Shown here: positions 13,401-32,700 of the stretch, piece after piece
Numbering within the stretch: position 1 is the stretch's first letter
Layout of the letters: each line of letters starts with the position of its first letter
Source: Macrostomum hystrix
Lineage: Eukaryota; Animalia; Platyhelminthes
DNA length: 64,000 bases
Direction of reading: 5' to 3'
Assembly (NCBI GenBank): GCA_950097015.1
Contig: CATNEN010000039.1
Location: 20,460,001 to 20,524,000, forward strand
The notes under the pieces: model-generated
Told to the model about the DNA's origin: nothing
The model's input: the letters and a program-made list of their open reading frames with translations, nothing else
Databases searched by the model: none
Translations under genes and position numbers: made by a program

Positions 13401-16400
13401 AGTCAATAGCTCTTTGCTATCAGCTGCAGCACTTAGGGGTTCTGTCTCCGATACGAGACTATCGTAAACGATAGGTTAGAATAGTTTCCAATCTGGGGAG
13501 ACAAGTGACAAATGAGTTCATAATTCGCTATTTAATTACGTACAATTTTCTAATTAAAAGGGCTTCGGAAACTGACAAAATTGTGGGGTAATGCTTCAAT
13601 TTTCTTTGTAGTGGGTGGTGATTATTCGTATAGTTCAGACTTTTGAAAACCTCAAAACTTCAAAAAAACAATAATATTCTGTATTCTAGATTGGGGGGCA
13701 ACTCTACTCAAAGCCCAAAACCAAAAAACTCAATTAATACACACACATATTTGTCATTTTAGTTCCAGTACTTGCCTTTGGTCGACGATCATAACAATAA
13801 ATTCGTGTACAAGATCGATGTTTTCACTGCCAGCGAAAGGCGAATGGGCGGCACCAACGGATGCCCATTGCTTTCCGTTGGCGGCGAACTTCACAGAGTG
13901 CCAATACGAATTCTTTCCGATGGAGTACGAAAAGTAGGTAGCAGTAAATTCGTTTATTGACTTGCTAAAAACCTAAGAATCCTTATTTTTACCATCTTAT
14001 TATCAGAACTTCCAGACAGGAGACATCAATCACTTCACAATGACATCGGCTAAGCATCTGGGTGATATTCTCGAGATTGGAATCGCGCTCGAAGGTCAGC
14101 GTCCAATAACTCCCTGGAAATTGAGAAGGATCGTAATTACTGATTTGCTTTATAACGTCAGGTTTGTTGTTTATTTTACACTGCGCTCGAATAACTAGCT
14201 CGTAAAAAACTCTCGGGTGTTCATGTCAAAGTATGCCATTATTTTTGTTTTCAGTTACATTTTCCCAACATCAGAAACGATAAGTCCGTACCAGCCGCCC
14301 TTAAGTATTCAGCTAGCGAACAAGGAGCAGCTGGCATTTCAGCAGCACTTTGTGAGGACCAGCTTGTCGCGAAAGTTTCTGGATGATCATCTGTGGATGT
14401 CAGTGGTAAAGCGCAAGACAGATACAAACTTTACGAGGCTGCAACGATTCGGGGTCTGCTTCTGTCTGCTCTTCATGACCATGATATCCAATGCCATGTT
14501 CTACGGCGTGGGCGAAGGGGGCCAGTCAGCGTCTGACTACCTCATCATCGGACCCATCAAGCTATCAATCAATACACTCGTCACATCGATCCTTGGGGCA
14601 GTTGTTGTCGTACCCGTGTCAGCCGCTGTCACCATCTTCTTCTTGAAGTCGAAGCGACGATCACCGAACGACATTGCACCGGAGCCTAGTGCTGCCGAAC
14701 TGGAGAAGAAGATGAAGAACGAAGAGCGAAGAGAACGATATGACTACGAGCTGCAGGTCCAACAAGATTCGGTAAGTTGCCCAGTAACCAAATAATCTCT
14801 CGCTATTCTTGGTACTAGGTGGAGCAACCTTTTTAAGATCCGCTTTTGAGGACGATTGCAGTAAAACTAAATTATATGCGCCTGTACAGTAAAGCTATAT
14901 ACTGTAAACTACATTTCTAAGCACTAGAAACTACGAGTACTAAGTGATCTTTAGTAACCAAGAACCGCTTCGCGATTCAAGAACCGCTTCGCGATTCAAG
15001 AACCGCTGCTTAATTAGTAGTCGCAAAGCAGGTTCTTGCAGTGAGTTCTTGTTTGTTTCGAAGTCATTAGAAGAAGAAAATAATTAATTGAATAAATTTC
15101 AGTTCGAAAGTGGGATAATCTGGCGATGCCAAAAGTCGTTGGGCACTGAGGCCTTGACCGAGGACAATGCAGTGATCAATCCGGCAAGCACGCCTCTGAC
15201 GCTGCAGGCAGTGGACAAGCCTTCAAGAGGATTCCAGCTTCCGCACTGGTGCCAGTACGTTGGTTGGGCTCTGGTGCTCGGCAGCATGCTCGCAGCTGGA
15301 CTATTCTTAGTATTCTACGCCATGCAGTGGGGCAAGGAGAAGTCACAGCAGTGGCTGCTGTCGTTTGTGCTTTCCTTCGTGCAGACGGCGCTATTAGTTC
15401 AGCCATTGAAGGTAAAAGTACTTAAGCTTGACAGCAAAAAACACAAGTAACTGATGTTATATCGGTGTATAGATGCAATGGCATCCTTTCAAACTCTTTT
15501 AATTTCTAAGGTGGCCCTCATTGGATGCATACTGGTAGTGCTGTTTCGCAAGGACTACGACGTTGAAAGTCTTTCACTTATCAGAGTTCGATACTTCAAT
15601 GAAGATTGTCAGAAAGGTAGCCAACTAATTCCTACTTCTTCGGTATATTTTGCTCATGAATAAGCTCTTTTGGCAAACGCAATTTGATTTTTGTTTCCAG
15701 AGGGTGTCGCATTCCTCCACGAACTGGAAGCTCGTGCAAAGCTGAACCCAGTGCGTCGTGCTGCCATCAACGCCACTCTGAAGCTGATCATCACAGTCAC
15801 CCTGCTGCTGCTGCAGTACTGCATCTGCTATGGAAACATTGACCCAGGAACCTTCCAGCTGCACAAGAGTGTCAAGTTCCATCTGAAGTACAACAATCTG
15901 TCATCTGCGACCAGAACTGCAAGTCAGCTGTACAAGGTTATCAATGTCAGCATCCTGCCGGCAGTATTTCCAAAGACAAGCTCCTTTCTGATATCAGACG
16001 GTTGCGGCTATCGTTTGAGTCGTTTGTCCCTGCGCCAACTGAGGCGCCGTCGAAATGAAACACGACGCTGGGCCAGTGACGACGAAACCGGTTGCTTCCT
16101 TCCGGGCTGGATCGCCCCAACCCAGTGCAACCTGTCCGCTTCGCTACTGGAGCAAGCTTTCATGAACCGCCCAGAAGGTGCTACGTACGCTGGCCTGCTG
16201 GCAGACTATCGCGGTGGCGGCTTCACAGCCCTGCTACCTGACGGACTCAAAGCCAGTCGAGCCTTTCTAGCTGATCTGCAACACTTTGGATGGCTTGATT
16301 CATCGACCAGTTTGCTAGTGATCGAGTTGGACTTGTTCTACTCCGATGTCAATATGTTCACATCGGTTGCGATGGCAACGGAGCTGCAACCGTTCGGCGG

Positions 16401-17626
16401 CGCTCAAGCCAGTTCCCGGCTGCTTAGTACGCACCTGTATCGCTACGTAGGGGCCATTGGAGTTTTCGCTCTGGTGTCTGAGATTCTGGCCGGTCTGCTG
16501 ACTTTAGTCCGGCTTGTTTTTCTTCTGGTTCAGCTCCGCAATTGGCGACAGTTTTTTGCAAACTTTGAAAATTGGTTGGACGCGGGAGTCGTAGTTGCCA
16601 TGCTGGTTGCCGGCGTATTCTACGGCCTTCGCACGGCTGGCACGGGTCCGGCTTTGGAGGCCGCAATCAACGGAGGTCGGCCACAGCTCCGTCAGCTGCT
16701 GCTAGTCAATGAGTTTTTCTTCTACTCTCTCGGCGTAGCGACCTTCCTGCAGCAATTGTCTCTGCTGGGCCTCATTAGGTTCAGCAGAAACCTGGGCCAC
16801 CTGCTCGGCACGCTTCGTGGGGTGCTCAGCAAGTTGAGCTCCTTCGCCGTTTTCTTCTGCGTAATCTTCTTTGCCTTCTGTTGTTTGATGAATCTGCTGT
16901 TAGGCCCGTTGCAGCTGCAATTCAACTCACCAGCTGGCACAATGTCTACTATGTTCTCTGCTATGCTGGGCAAGTTTGACATGGCTACAGTCAGCGGTCA
17001 CGGACTGCTCCCGAAGCTAGCGTTCTCATTCTACGTCTCCTTCTTGATGTTCATTGTCATGAACCTATTTGTTGTGATTCTGAACGACAGTTACGAGTGC
17101 TACAGAGAGTCAGGTCAGAGCGATGCTGGGCTTGCGAATGATTTTCAAATTGTGCAGTTTGTCATGCAGAGGCTGCGAGATACTTTCACATCGGATGGAG
17201 CGCCTAAGAAATACAAGGAGGCCGAAGGTTAGTCTACAAATTCCTAGTCTAAACTGATTCAGTTTTAGTTTTTTAAAACCTAAAGTAAATATTTTGTTTC
17301 AACTCCGAATTCGTTACACGTTCAACACCGCATTGCCAGATCTGGAAACACGACTCAAGCGTTTGAGCACCAAGTTTGACATTGTCGACTCACTTGTAGG
17401 CGAAATGTCCAGAGGCGCACTAAAATGGGACAGTCAGCTCTGTCTGTCCTTGGTGATGCTCGAAGACTCGTGTAGCTGCAGCAGCACCGGCGGCGGCCGC
17501 GGCGGGACCAGCAGCAGCAACGGCAACAACATCGTCAGTAGTTGTCGGCGCCACGATAGGAGACTTAATAGTGACGCTTGCTACTTGGAAATCGATATGC
17601 CCGCTAGCAGGCGCAACACAATGTAG
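244..17626 (+). CDS. Polycystin-1-like (PKD1L/REJ family) giant membrane receptor-channel subunit; 5'-partial, ~29 exons and ~4,170 aa in the window
   Basis: Phase-consistent exon chain (approximate): 244-387, 493-698, 783-1404, 1494-1678, 1804-1939, 2035-2227, 2446-2690, 3423-3680, 3846-3994, 4082-4246, 4364-4520, 5119-5688, 5798-5941, 6426-6994, 7080-8177, 8249-10653, 10746-10912, 11006-11439, 11514-11738, 11815-11947, 12057-12150, 12249-13397, 13763-13933, 14007-14161, 14255-14771, 15103-15411, 15511-15616, 15701-17227, 17340-17626 (TAG). Diagnostic motifs: PKD domains (YQIDFGNGT, NCGDG, KFGDST), REJ (G..METKFRISCWGW...YEY..LLFYG...VLPVG..VVDSVG), GPS-like followed by PNLIDF and TM1, PLAT (YKIDVFT...GGT...PWKLRRIVITD), DDHLWMSV..FTRLQR, LPHWC..GW, YRGGGF..GWLD, and pore region MLGKFD..MNLFVVILND. 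Confidence 0.93.
2035..2690 (+). CDS. PKD1L gene: C-type lectin domain (2 exons)
   Basis: CPVNYYLFEGVC..AESYC..GTL; FHIGV..GQWV..WRHWAPGQP..AC..WTAVDC..IICQ. Confidence 0.85.
2700..3065 (+). mobile_element. tRNA-derived SINE family A, copy 1 (intronic)
   Basis: Homologous to 4775-5070 (-) and 44965-45292 (+). Degenerate B-box gagctcgattcc, shared core ggcacagtga-agtgtacactgcctgacgatgagaaagtcag, and an (ATT)n tail. Confidence 0.85.
3090..3325 (-). mobile_element. SINE fragment related to family A (shared core, different 3' part), tail-to-tail with copy 1
   Basis: The reverse strand reads cggtggagagaaagcttggggg..gagggcacactgagagcgtacattgc, which resembles family A cggagagaaggcttagggg..gagggcc..ggcacagtgagagtgtacactgc and then diverges. 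Confidence 0.55.
3846..4520 (+). CDS. PKD1L gene: further discoidin (F5/8C)-like domain
   Basis: ECWYSL...YLTVTL..QVRVSGFGFTG...QLRLMPLQY..AAFKFDIFGC. Confidence 0.7.
4775..5070 (-). mobile_element. tRNA-derived SINE family A, copy 2
   Basis: Reverse strand has A-box gtggcagagcggttaaagcg, B-box gagctcgattcc, and the same core hairpin as the other copies. Confidence 0.85.
5119..5688 (+). CDS. PKD1L gene: fibrinogen C-terminal (FReD/FBG)-like domain exon
   Basis: W.IFYR...NF....YQDGF....WLGL..L..LT....LRID...FSTFD...NCA...SGWWY..C..KLTG...W. Confidence 0.85.
5798..5941 (+). CDS. PKD1L gene: Cys-rich EB/EGF-like module exon
   Basis: GELC..DASC....NTVC......CACRKGFV....C in a phase-1/phase-1 exon. 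Confidence 0.65.
5995..6397. repeat. 23-bp minisatellite (GACAGCTTGAACCAGGATAGATT) x ~17, intronic
   Basis: Direct inspection. Confidence 0.95.
8249..11439 (+). CDS. PKD1L gene: PKD (Ig-like) repeats and REJ domain
   Basis: Repeated (D/C/F)G(N/D)G and N.VS motifs; REJ LPARTLWYGLY, FQWIC..GCFG, C.DNC and GGNCTIQPREG. Confidence 0.88.
15701..17227 (+). CDS. PKD1L gene: TOP domain plus polycystin cation-channel module
   Basis: The 513-aa ORF has LRQLR, YAG..ADYRGGGF, GWLD, multiple TM helices, and LGKFD / MNLFVVILNDSY. Confidence 0.92.
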
Positions 17627-19079
17627 AATGTTGTGCACGGCTCACATGAAATAACAATTATATCCATGGCCAGGAGAATTTACGATTTTACGTTAGAACT
17701 AATCGGTTTATTATCCCAGTTCACTTCTATCTACTTCGTATATAATCTTTGATATTACCCTCTAAAGTTGCTGTTTAAGAAGTGCACTGTATCACTTGTA
17801 ATCCGCAGATACTTTTTGTAGCTCGTACCAGTTTTTATTACTATTTTCTTAGCCTGCATAAATGACCTTGCAATATTACGTAACTTACTTCCTCTTCTAA
17901 GAATAGACGCACGAACTATATTGAACAATTGAACCACTGATATTCATGTGCATGTGCATAATATTTTCTTTAGTGACAGCTAGAGTACATGCGCAGCCCG
18001 CGAGATGGAGTTCTGTGTGTTTCCGCTGCATAACTCCCGAGAACACTCACTCACACTCACACAGTAGTAATATTACATAATAGTAGTATTATACTACAGT
18101 GGTCCTTGGGGTGTACCCAACACTTGCCCTGAAATTTTCATTGTGGTGATAGAGGAAATTAAATATTATTTTTGGACAATACAAAAGTATGTTAACAAAC
18201 GTATAATGTTACTAATAATTAACAGAGTTATTATTAAAAGAGAGTTAACATTGGATAGCAAATTGCATCGGAAACACCATGGTTCACTGAGTTAATTAAA
18301 TAAAAATTCAATAAAAATTTTTACATTCTCATAATTGATTCGCAAGGAGGTGAATTTGAGATTCGCGACATCTGTGGAACTTAAGAAAGAAGAATTGAAA
18401 GAATCGCCATTCAAAATACAGTCATTTATTTTAGCAGTCTTTATAATGCCTGAAAATAGCAGAACATTGGATTTGCGCCTCCGATTTCATGTGTAAAGGG
18501 CAATTGTGTTAAAGTTAAGAATGTACGAAAAATATGCCTCGACTCTTCTTGCAACCAATGCAGAAGATTGTTCAGAATTCAATTTTCTCTTCTGGTGGCA
18601 AATGTCAATGGCGCAAACAGAGATAAAATGTAAGAAAAGTTTATTTGAGTATGAAGATCAAACATTTTGTGCTTGAATTCATAAACTCATAAACTAATTC
18701 ATTGTCGTTTATGTTTTCTTCCGTGAAAATAAACTTGAAAACAGCGTTTCTCCACGGTAATAAAAATATTAATTTAGCAGCATAACAAAATTGTAATAAC
18801 TAAGTTTGAAATACCGTTTAGAGTAAAGAAAGTTAGAGTTTTTTTGCTACTAAGAGTTGTTGAATGCCTTTTTAACTATCCGCATATCTATAAAAAGTTA
18901 GAATTTTCGCATTGTCAATAGACACATTTTCAAACTACGGTGGCTTCTTGAAATTTAATCCTATATTTCTCGATCGAATTCGAGCTACATTATCAGTCCG
19001 AGGGTCAATAATTTATTTCCCGAGTACTGAGAATCCATGAACAAAATATTACTGTTTTGATCTGAAAATCTGACGTAAA

Positions 19080-27639
<8,560 letters not shown>

Positions 27640-27884
27640 ATCTTTGATTAACTGCTTGCAACTGTTTGAGTTCTTTAATAAGTTTGAATTGTTTTTTTCT
27701 TCATAGAATTGATTTTTAAACCTACTGAATTTTTGGGACTGAAACTGTGGACTTAAGCGGCTCGTCACTACTCCGATTGTTTGTCACTCATGTTTGAACA
27801 AAGGTCGTTGTAGGATTATTCGTCCATTATGAAATAACAAAGCTAACTAAAGGGATAATTCACACACCGAGGGGATAGCTTGCA

Positions 27885-28180
27885 GCTAAGGGGATGGGAT
27901 AATTTGCCTCTAAGGGGATTGGATAATTTGCCACTTAGGGGATGGGGTATTTGCCACTTAGGGGATGGGATAATTTTCCACTAAGGGGATGGGGTAATTT
28001 TCCACTTAGGGGATGGGGTAATTTTCCACTTAGGGATGGGATAATTTTCCACTAAGGGGGTGGGATAATTTTTCACTAAGGGGATGGGATAATTTGCAAG
28101 AAAAGGGATGGGATAATTTAAAACTAAGGGGATAATTTACAAATAAGGGGATATGTGAAGTACTTGCAGCAAAGGGGATG
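27885..28180. repeat. ~24-bp degenerate minisatellite (TAAGGGGATGGGATAATTTTCCAC) downstream of CAMK4
   Basis: Direct inspection. Confidence 0.85.
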
Positions 28181-29772
28181 TTTTCAAACAAATGCAGTTA
28201 ATTTACGAGCTAGCTGGGTTATTTTTAAGACGAAAAAGGCAAAAATTTACAAACATGTGATTTGAAACTCTATAAGGGATTATTTTTCATAGCTCAATTA
28301 AGCGGAAACAGCGGCACCGATTTATTTTTCTTTTTACCTAGTCGCATAGCTTAAAGAAATGGACATTTGTAGGCTTTAGTTGTTTCAAAAGGCTGTGCCG
28401 TGTTTTCTATATTTTTTGTTAGAAAACTGAATTTAAACAGACTTCTTACCGGCCTCATAAAGCATCATGATTTCAGTTTTTTGTTAAACTGGTTTCGCAA
28501 AACAGGATGCACTTTTTGCACTACAGAAACATACTCTTTAGCCGCGCCTTGGGTCAGAATTTTAGTTGCTTTTTTTCAGAGCTTATAAGTTGAAATATTT
28601 TCTAGAATTGATTTTTATCCTGGCACAATTTTGCTGGTCGAGAAACCATGTTATTTTAAAGAAATTATTCAATAAAAAAGGACTTCGCACGCGCATTACA
28701 CTACTCATCTTGGATGAGTAAAGCAGCTTGGCTTTTTGTCCGATTTAAAAATAAACTGTCTGTCTGCTTTGTTATTTTAAAAAATGAAAAAACAATTACG
28801 AAATTCTAACAAAATCGTAACAAAAAATGTTTTCTATGAGAGATTTTTTACAGGAGTAACTTAAGGACCTCTAGAAGAAAATTTATTTGCATTTTTTGTA
28901 TTCATGAAAAAAGCTTTCTAAAATTCGTTGAAGCAACAAGTTTGCTTCTAGTTCTTAAGGACTAGTGGTCCTTAGAGTAACTTTGATACTGACCTAAGTG
29001 TAACAAAAATAACAACATAAAAGAGTGCTCAGTGTCCGATTATAACAAAAACAAATGAATAAGAATGGTGATTTCCAGTGACTCTAAATTTCAACAGGAT
29101 TTTTACAATATTAGGTGACGCGATATTTTCATTTAGTAAACGAAGCCTACGAAATACCTATTGCTGAGGTCTTACGAGCTATTTTCAAGTGGGTAAGTTT
29201 TTTTCGCTTCTTTACTATGGGTTTCCCCGATTAGTTGTTCTAAAAATAGAAACCGTTTTTAATATTGGCCAACCAATCAAGTTTCGGGTTGCCTTCTGAC
29301 CCCTTCTGCCTCAAGCATACGAGCTACGTACATTCTGTCGTGACTTTTTAATCTCCTGGAAGTGCAGTGTACACAGTGTACAGTGGATCAAAATTTACTG
29401 CCTTTAACGATGAATTCCAAAGCTTCCAAAGCCGTCCGGTTTCAGCACATCTGACCCGATTGGGGCAGGTGTAATCAATTATTATTATTATAATAGGAAC
29501 AAATTATGAAAATATGTATTGATTGCTTGCTAGAGTATGCGCAAGACATCCAAAATGCCAGTATTTGAATAGAATATTTACATTATAAATAATGTCGTTT
29601 AGGACAGAGAAAAACACTACTGACAGATTGAATGCGGCTAGACCCATAGTTTAGACGTCATAGTTAAAATAAATCAGAGCTTCATATTGCTGACCAGATG
29701 CAGTTTACAATTTTGTACAGTTAATTATTTCATAGATACAAACAAAGTATATTTTATCATTAAACAGCGCGC

Positions 29773-32700
29773 TTAAACTAAAGCCGCTTCTTTGCTGAAC
29801 GCTGAAATCGACTCCTCAGCCATCGACCCGGTTGAGAACACCGACGGACTTGCGGGTGGAGGCGGCGGCGGCGGAGGGGGCGACCTTCGCGATTGCCAAC
29901 CGTTGCGCAATGAGACAGAGGCGTCGGTGAATAGAAGCGACGCTTCGCTCTCTAAGATGTCGGCGACATTCTGCTGCCGCTGCTGCTGCTGCTGTTGCAT
30001 CTGTCGAATACTTCGCAGCTGCTGCTGCCTGCTTTCGCTGCCACCAGCGACTGCTCGCGACGTTCCAGCCGGCGGGCTAATTGAACTGTTGGACGATTTG
30101 CGTCGCTTGTAGTAGGCCTTGAAATCCAACTGCTGCGTGAACTCGGCCTCCTTCTTTTGCCGCTCGTATTTCCAGTTGTGCTCGATGACTGCAGGATGGG
30201 GTTTTAAGTGAATTATGACACACTAATGAACTACGGAACACAGACACTGTACACAGACACTGTACACAGACACACACTCGCACACACTTATCAACGTCAG
30301 TAGTGCCTTTTTCCGCTCTATCCGATGAAACAACTTCCAGAATCACAAAACATTGGCATCGTCGAGATGTTCAACGATTCTTGTAGGGGTGTCTGGTGGC
30401 AAAAAAAGCCATCACAGGCATAATTTTTGTGCTCACAGAATTTCATCACGTAACCCCGTCGTCTATTATCGTTGACTATTTTAACGTGATTAATTTCCTA
30501 ATTTCTTCATTTTTAACCACAATGGATTCGCCAAAAAGGCTTATACAGAGCACCGCGATTCTTCCTTGTCACCGGGGTCTACGACAAGAATCGCTGAATA
30601 TCTCGACGATGCTGACGTCGGACGGCTTTGAAAGCTAGTTCATTGTAAAGGGTGGAAAATGTCGATTCGTATGGTGGACTTTCACGAAAATCGGTCATTC
30701 AGTTTTGGAGCTATGGTGAAGTAGGCAGTGTGTATTGGGAATACCACAGTTGTCTTTCTACTGTTTAAGGGAAGGGTGATTTCCCGTTGAGATTTCATGC
30801 AAACTGACAACAGTTTAAAGGGCTCACATTGATAGTCGGGATTTCTCGGTTTCCACCAGAATTTCTCCCAGCAGAGCAGGGCGGTAAAGAGCAGGACGAA
30901 AGCGAATGCGAGGACAAGCAGGTGCAGCTGGTTGGTGAAGAACAACGACCTGGCGATGCCCTCCGGCGATTTCGGATCGTCGAATTCCTGTTTGCGAGTG
31001 AAAGGTCACTCCGTTCCCGTCACTCTGTTCCCGTCACTCCGTTCCAGTCAGTCTCTCCCCGTCACTCTGTTCCCGTCACTCCGTTTCCGTCACTCCGTTT
31101 CCGTCACTCCGTTTCCGTCACTCCGTTTCCGTCACTCCGTTTCCGTCACTCCGTTTCCGTCACTCCGTTTCCGTCACTCTGTTCCCGTCACTCCGTTTCC
31201 GTCACTCCGTTTCCGTCACTCCGTTTCCGTCACTCCGTTTCCGTCACTCCGTTTCCGTCACTCCGTTTCCGTCACTCCGTTTCCGTCACTCCGTTCCCGT
31301 CACTCCGTTCCCGTCACTCCGTTCCCGTCACTCCGTTCCCGTCACTCCGTTCCCGTCACTCCGTTCCCGTCACTCCGTTCCCGTCACTCCGTTCCCGTCA
31401 CTCTGTCCTTATCACTCAGTTTTTTGTTCTATGTTTCAGCAACGAGCTGCTACCGCAACAAGAGAGCATGGCTGCTTCGTGCCTAACTAGCCATGCAAGA
31501 AGCTCTGCCCTATGTCAACAATTGAAGGCTGGAAGCATCGATTGGATTCTAAGCATTCGTTTTGGCTTAATCAATATATGCTCAAAACTAAGGCGCGTCA
31601 GCTGCTGCTTTCTCAGAAATTCGAAAGCATCGTCTGTTAGATTTCTTAAATTTTCTGGTCATATTTCTCTCAAAATCAATGTAGTAATTTGATTTTGCAA
31701 TTAATCCAGGTAGCCAGGGCTAATTAATCCAGGTAGCCAGGGCTATTTAATCCAGGTAGCCAGGGCTAATTAATCTCGGTAGCCAGGGCTAATTAATCTC
31801 GGTAGCCAGGGCTAGTTAATCTCGGTAGCCAGGGCTAATTAATCTCGGTAGCCAGGGCTAATTAATCTCGGTAGCCAGGGCTATTTAATCCAGGTAGCCA
31901 GGGCTATTTAATCCAGGTAGCCAGGGCTATTTAATCCAGGTAGCCAGGGCTAATTAATCTCGGTAGCCAGGGCTAGTTAATCTCGGTAGCCAGGGCTATT
32001 TAATCCAGGTAGCCAGGGCTATTTAATCCAGGTAGCCAGGGCTATTTAATCCAGGTAGCCAGGGCTAATTAATCTCGGTAGCCAGGGCTAATTAATCTCG
32101 GTAGCCAGGGCTAGTTAATCTCGGTAGCCAGGGCTAATTAATCTCGGTAGCCAGGGCTAATTAATCTCGGTAGCCAGGGCTATTTAATCCAGGTAGCCAG
32201 GGCTATTTAATCCAGGTAGCCAGGGCTATTTAATCCAGGTAGCCAGGGCTAATTAATCTCGGTAGCCAGGGCTAGTTAATCTCGGTAGCCAGGGCAAATT
32301 AATCTCGGTAGCCAGGGCTAATTAATCTCGGTAGCCAGGGCTATTTAATCCAGGTAGCCAGGGCTATTTAATCCAGGTAGCCAGGGCTAATTAATCTCGG
32401 TAGCCAGGGCTAATTGATCCAGGTAGCCAGGGCTAATTGATCCAGGTAGCCAGGGCTAATTAATCTCGGTAGCCAGGGCTATTTAATCCAGGTAGCCAGG
32501 GCTAATTAATCTCGGTAGCCAGGGCTAGTTAATCCAGGTAGCCAGGGCTAATGAATCTCGGTAGCCAGCGCTAATTAATCTCGGTAGCCAGGGCTAGTTA
32601 ATCTCTGTAGCCAGGGCTAATTAATCTCGGTAGCCAGGGCTAATTAATCTCGGTAGCCAGGGCTATTTAATCCAGGTAGCCAGGGCTAATTAATCTCGGT

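Noticed and set aside
27885-28180. Interstitial telomere (TTAGGG-like words; also TAGGG in 47935-52333)
   Set aside because: These are isolated hexamers inside 24-28-bp units, not tandem TTAGGG.
30829-31692. 287-aa plus-strand ORF
   Set aside because: It is antisense to a channel exon plus the 14-bp repeat, with no protein-like composition.
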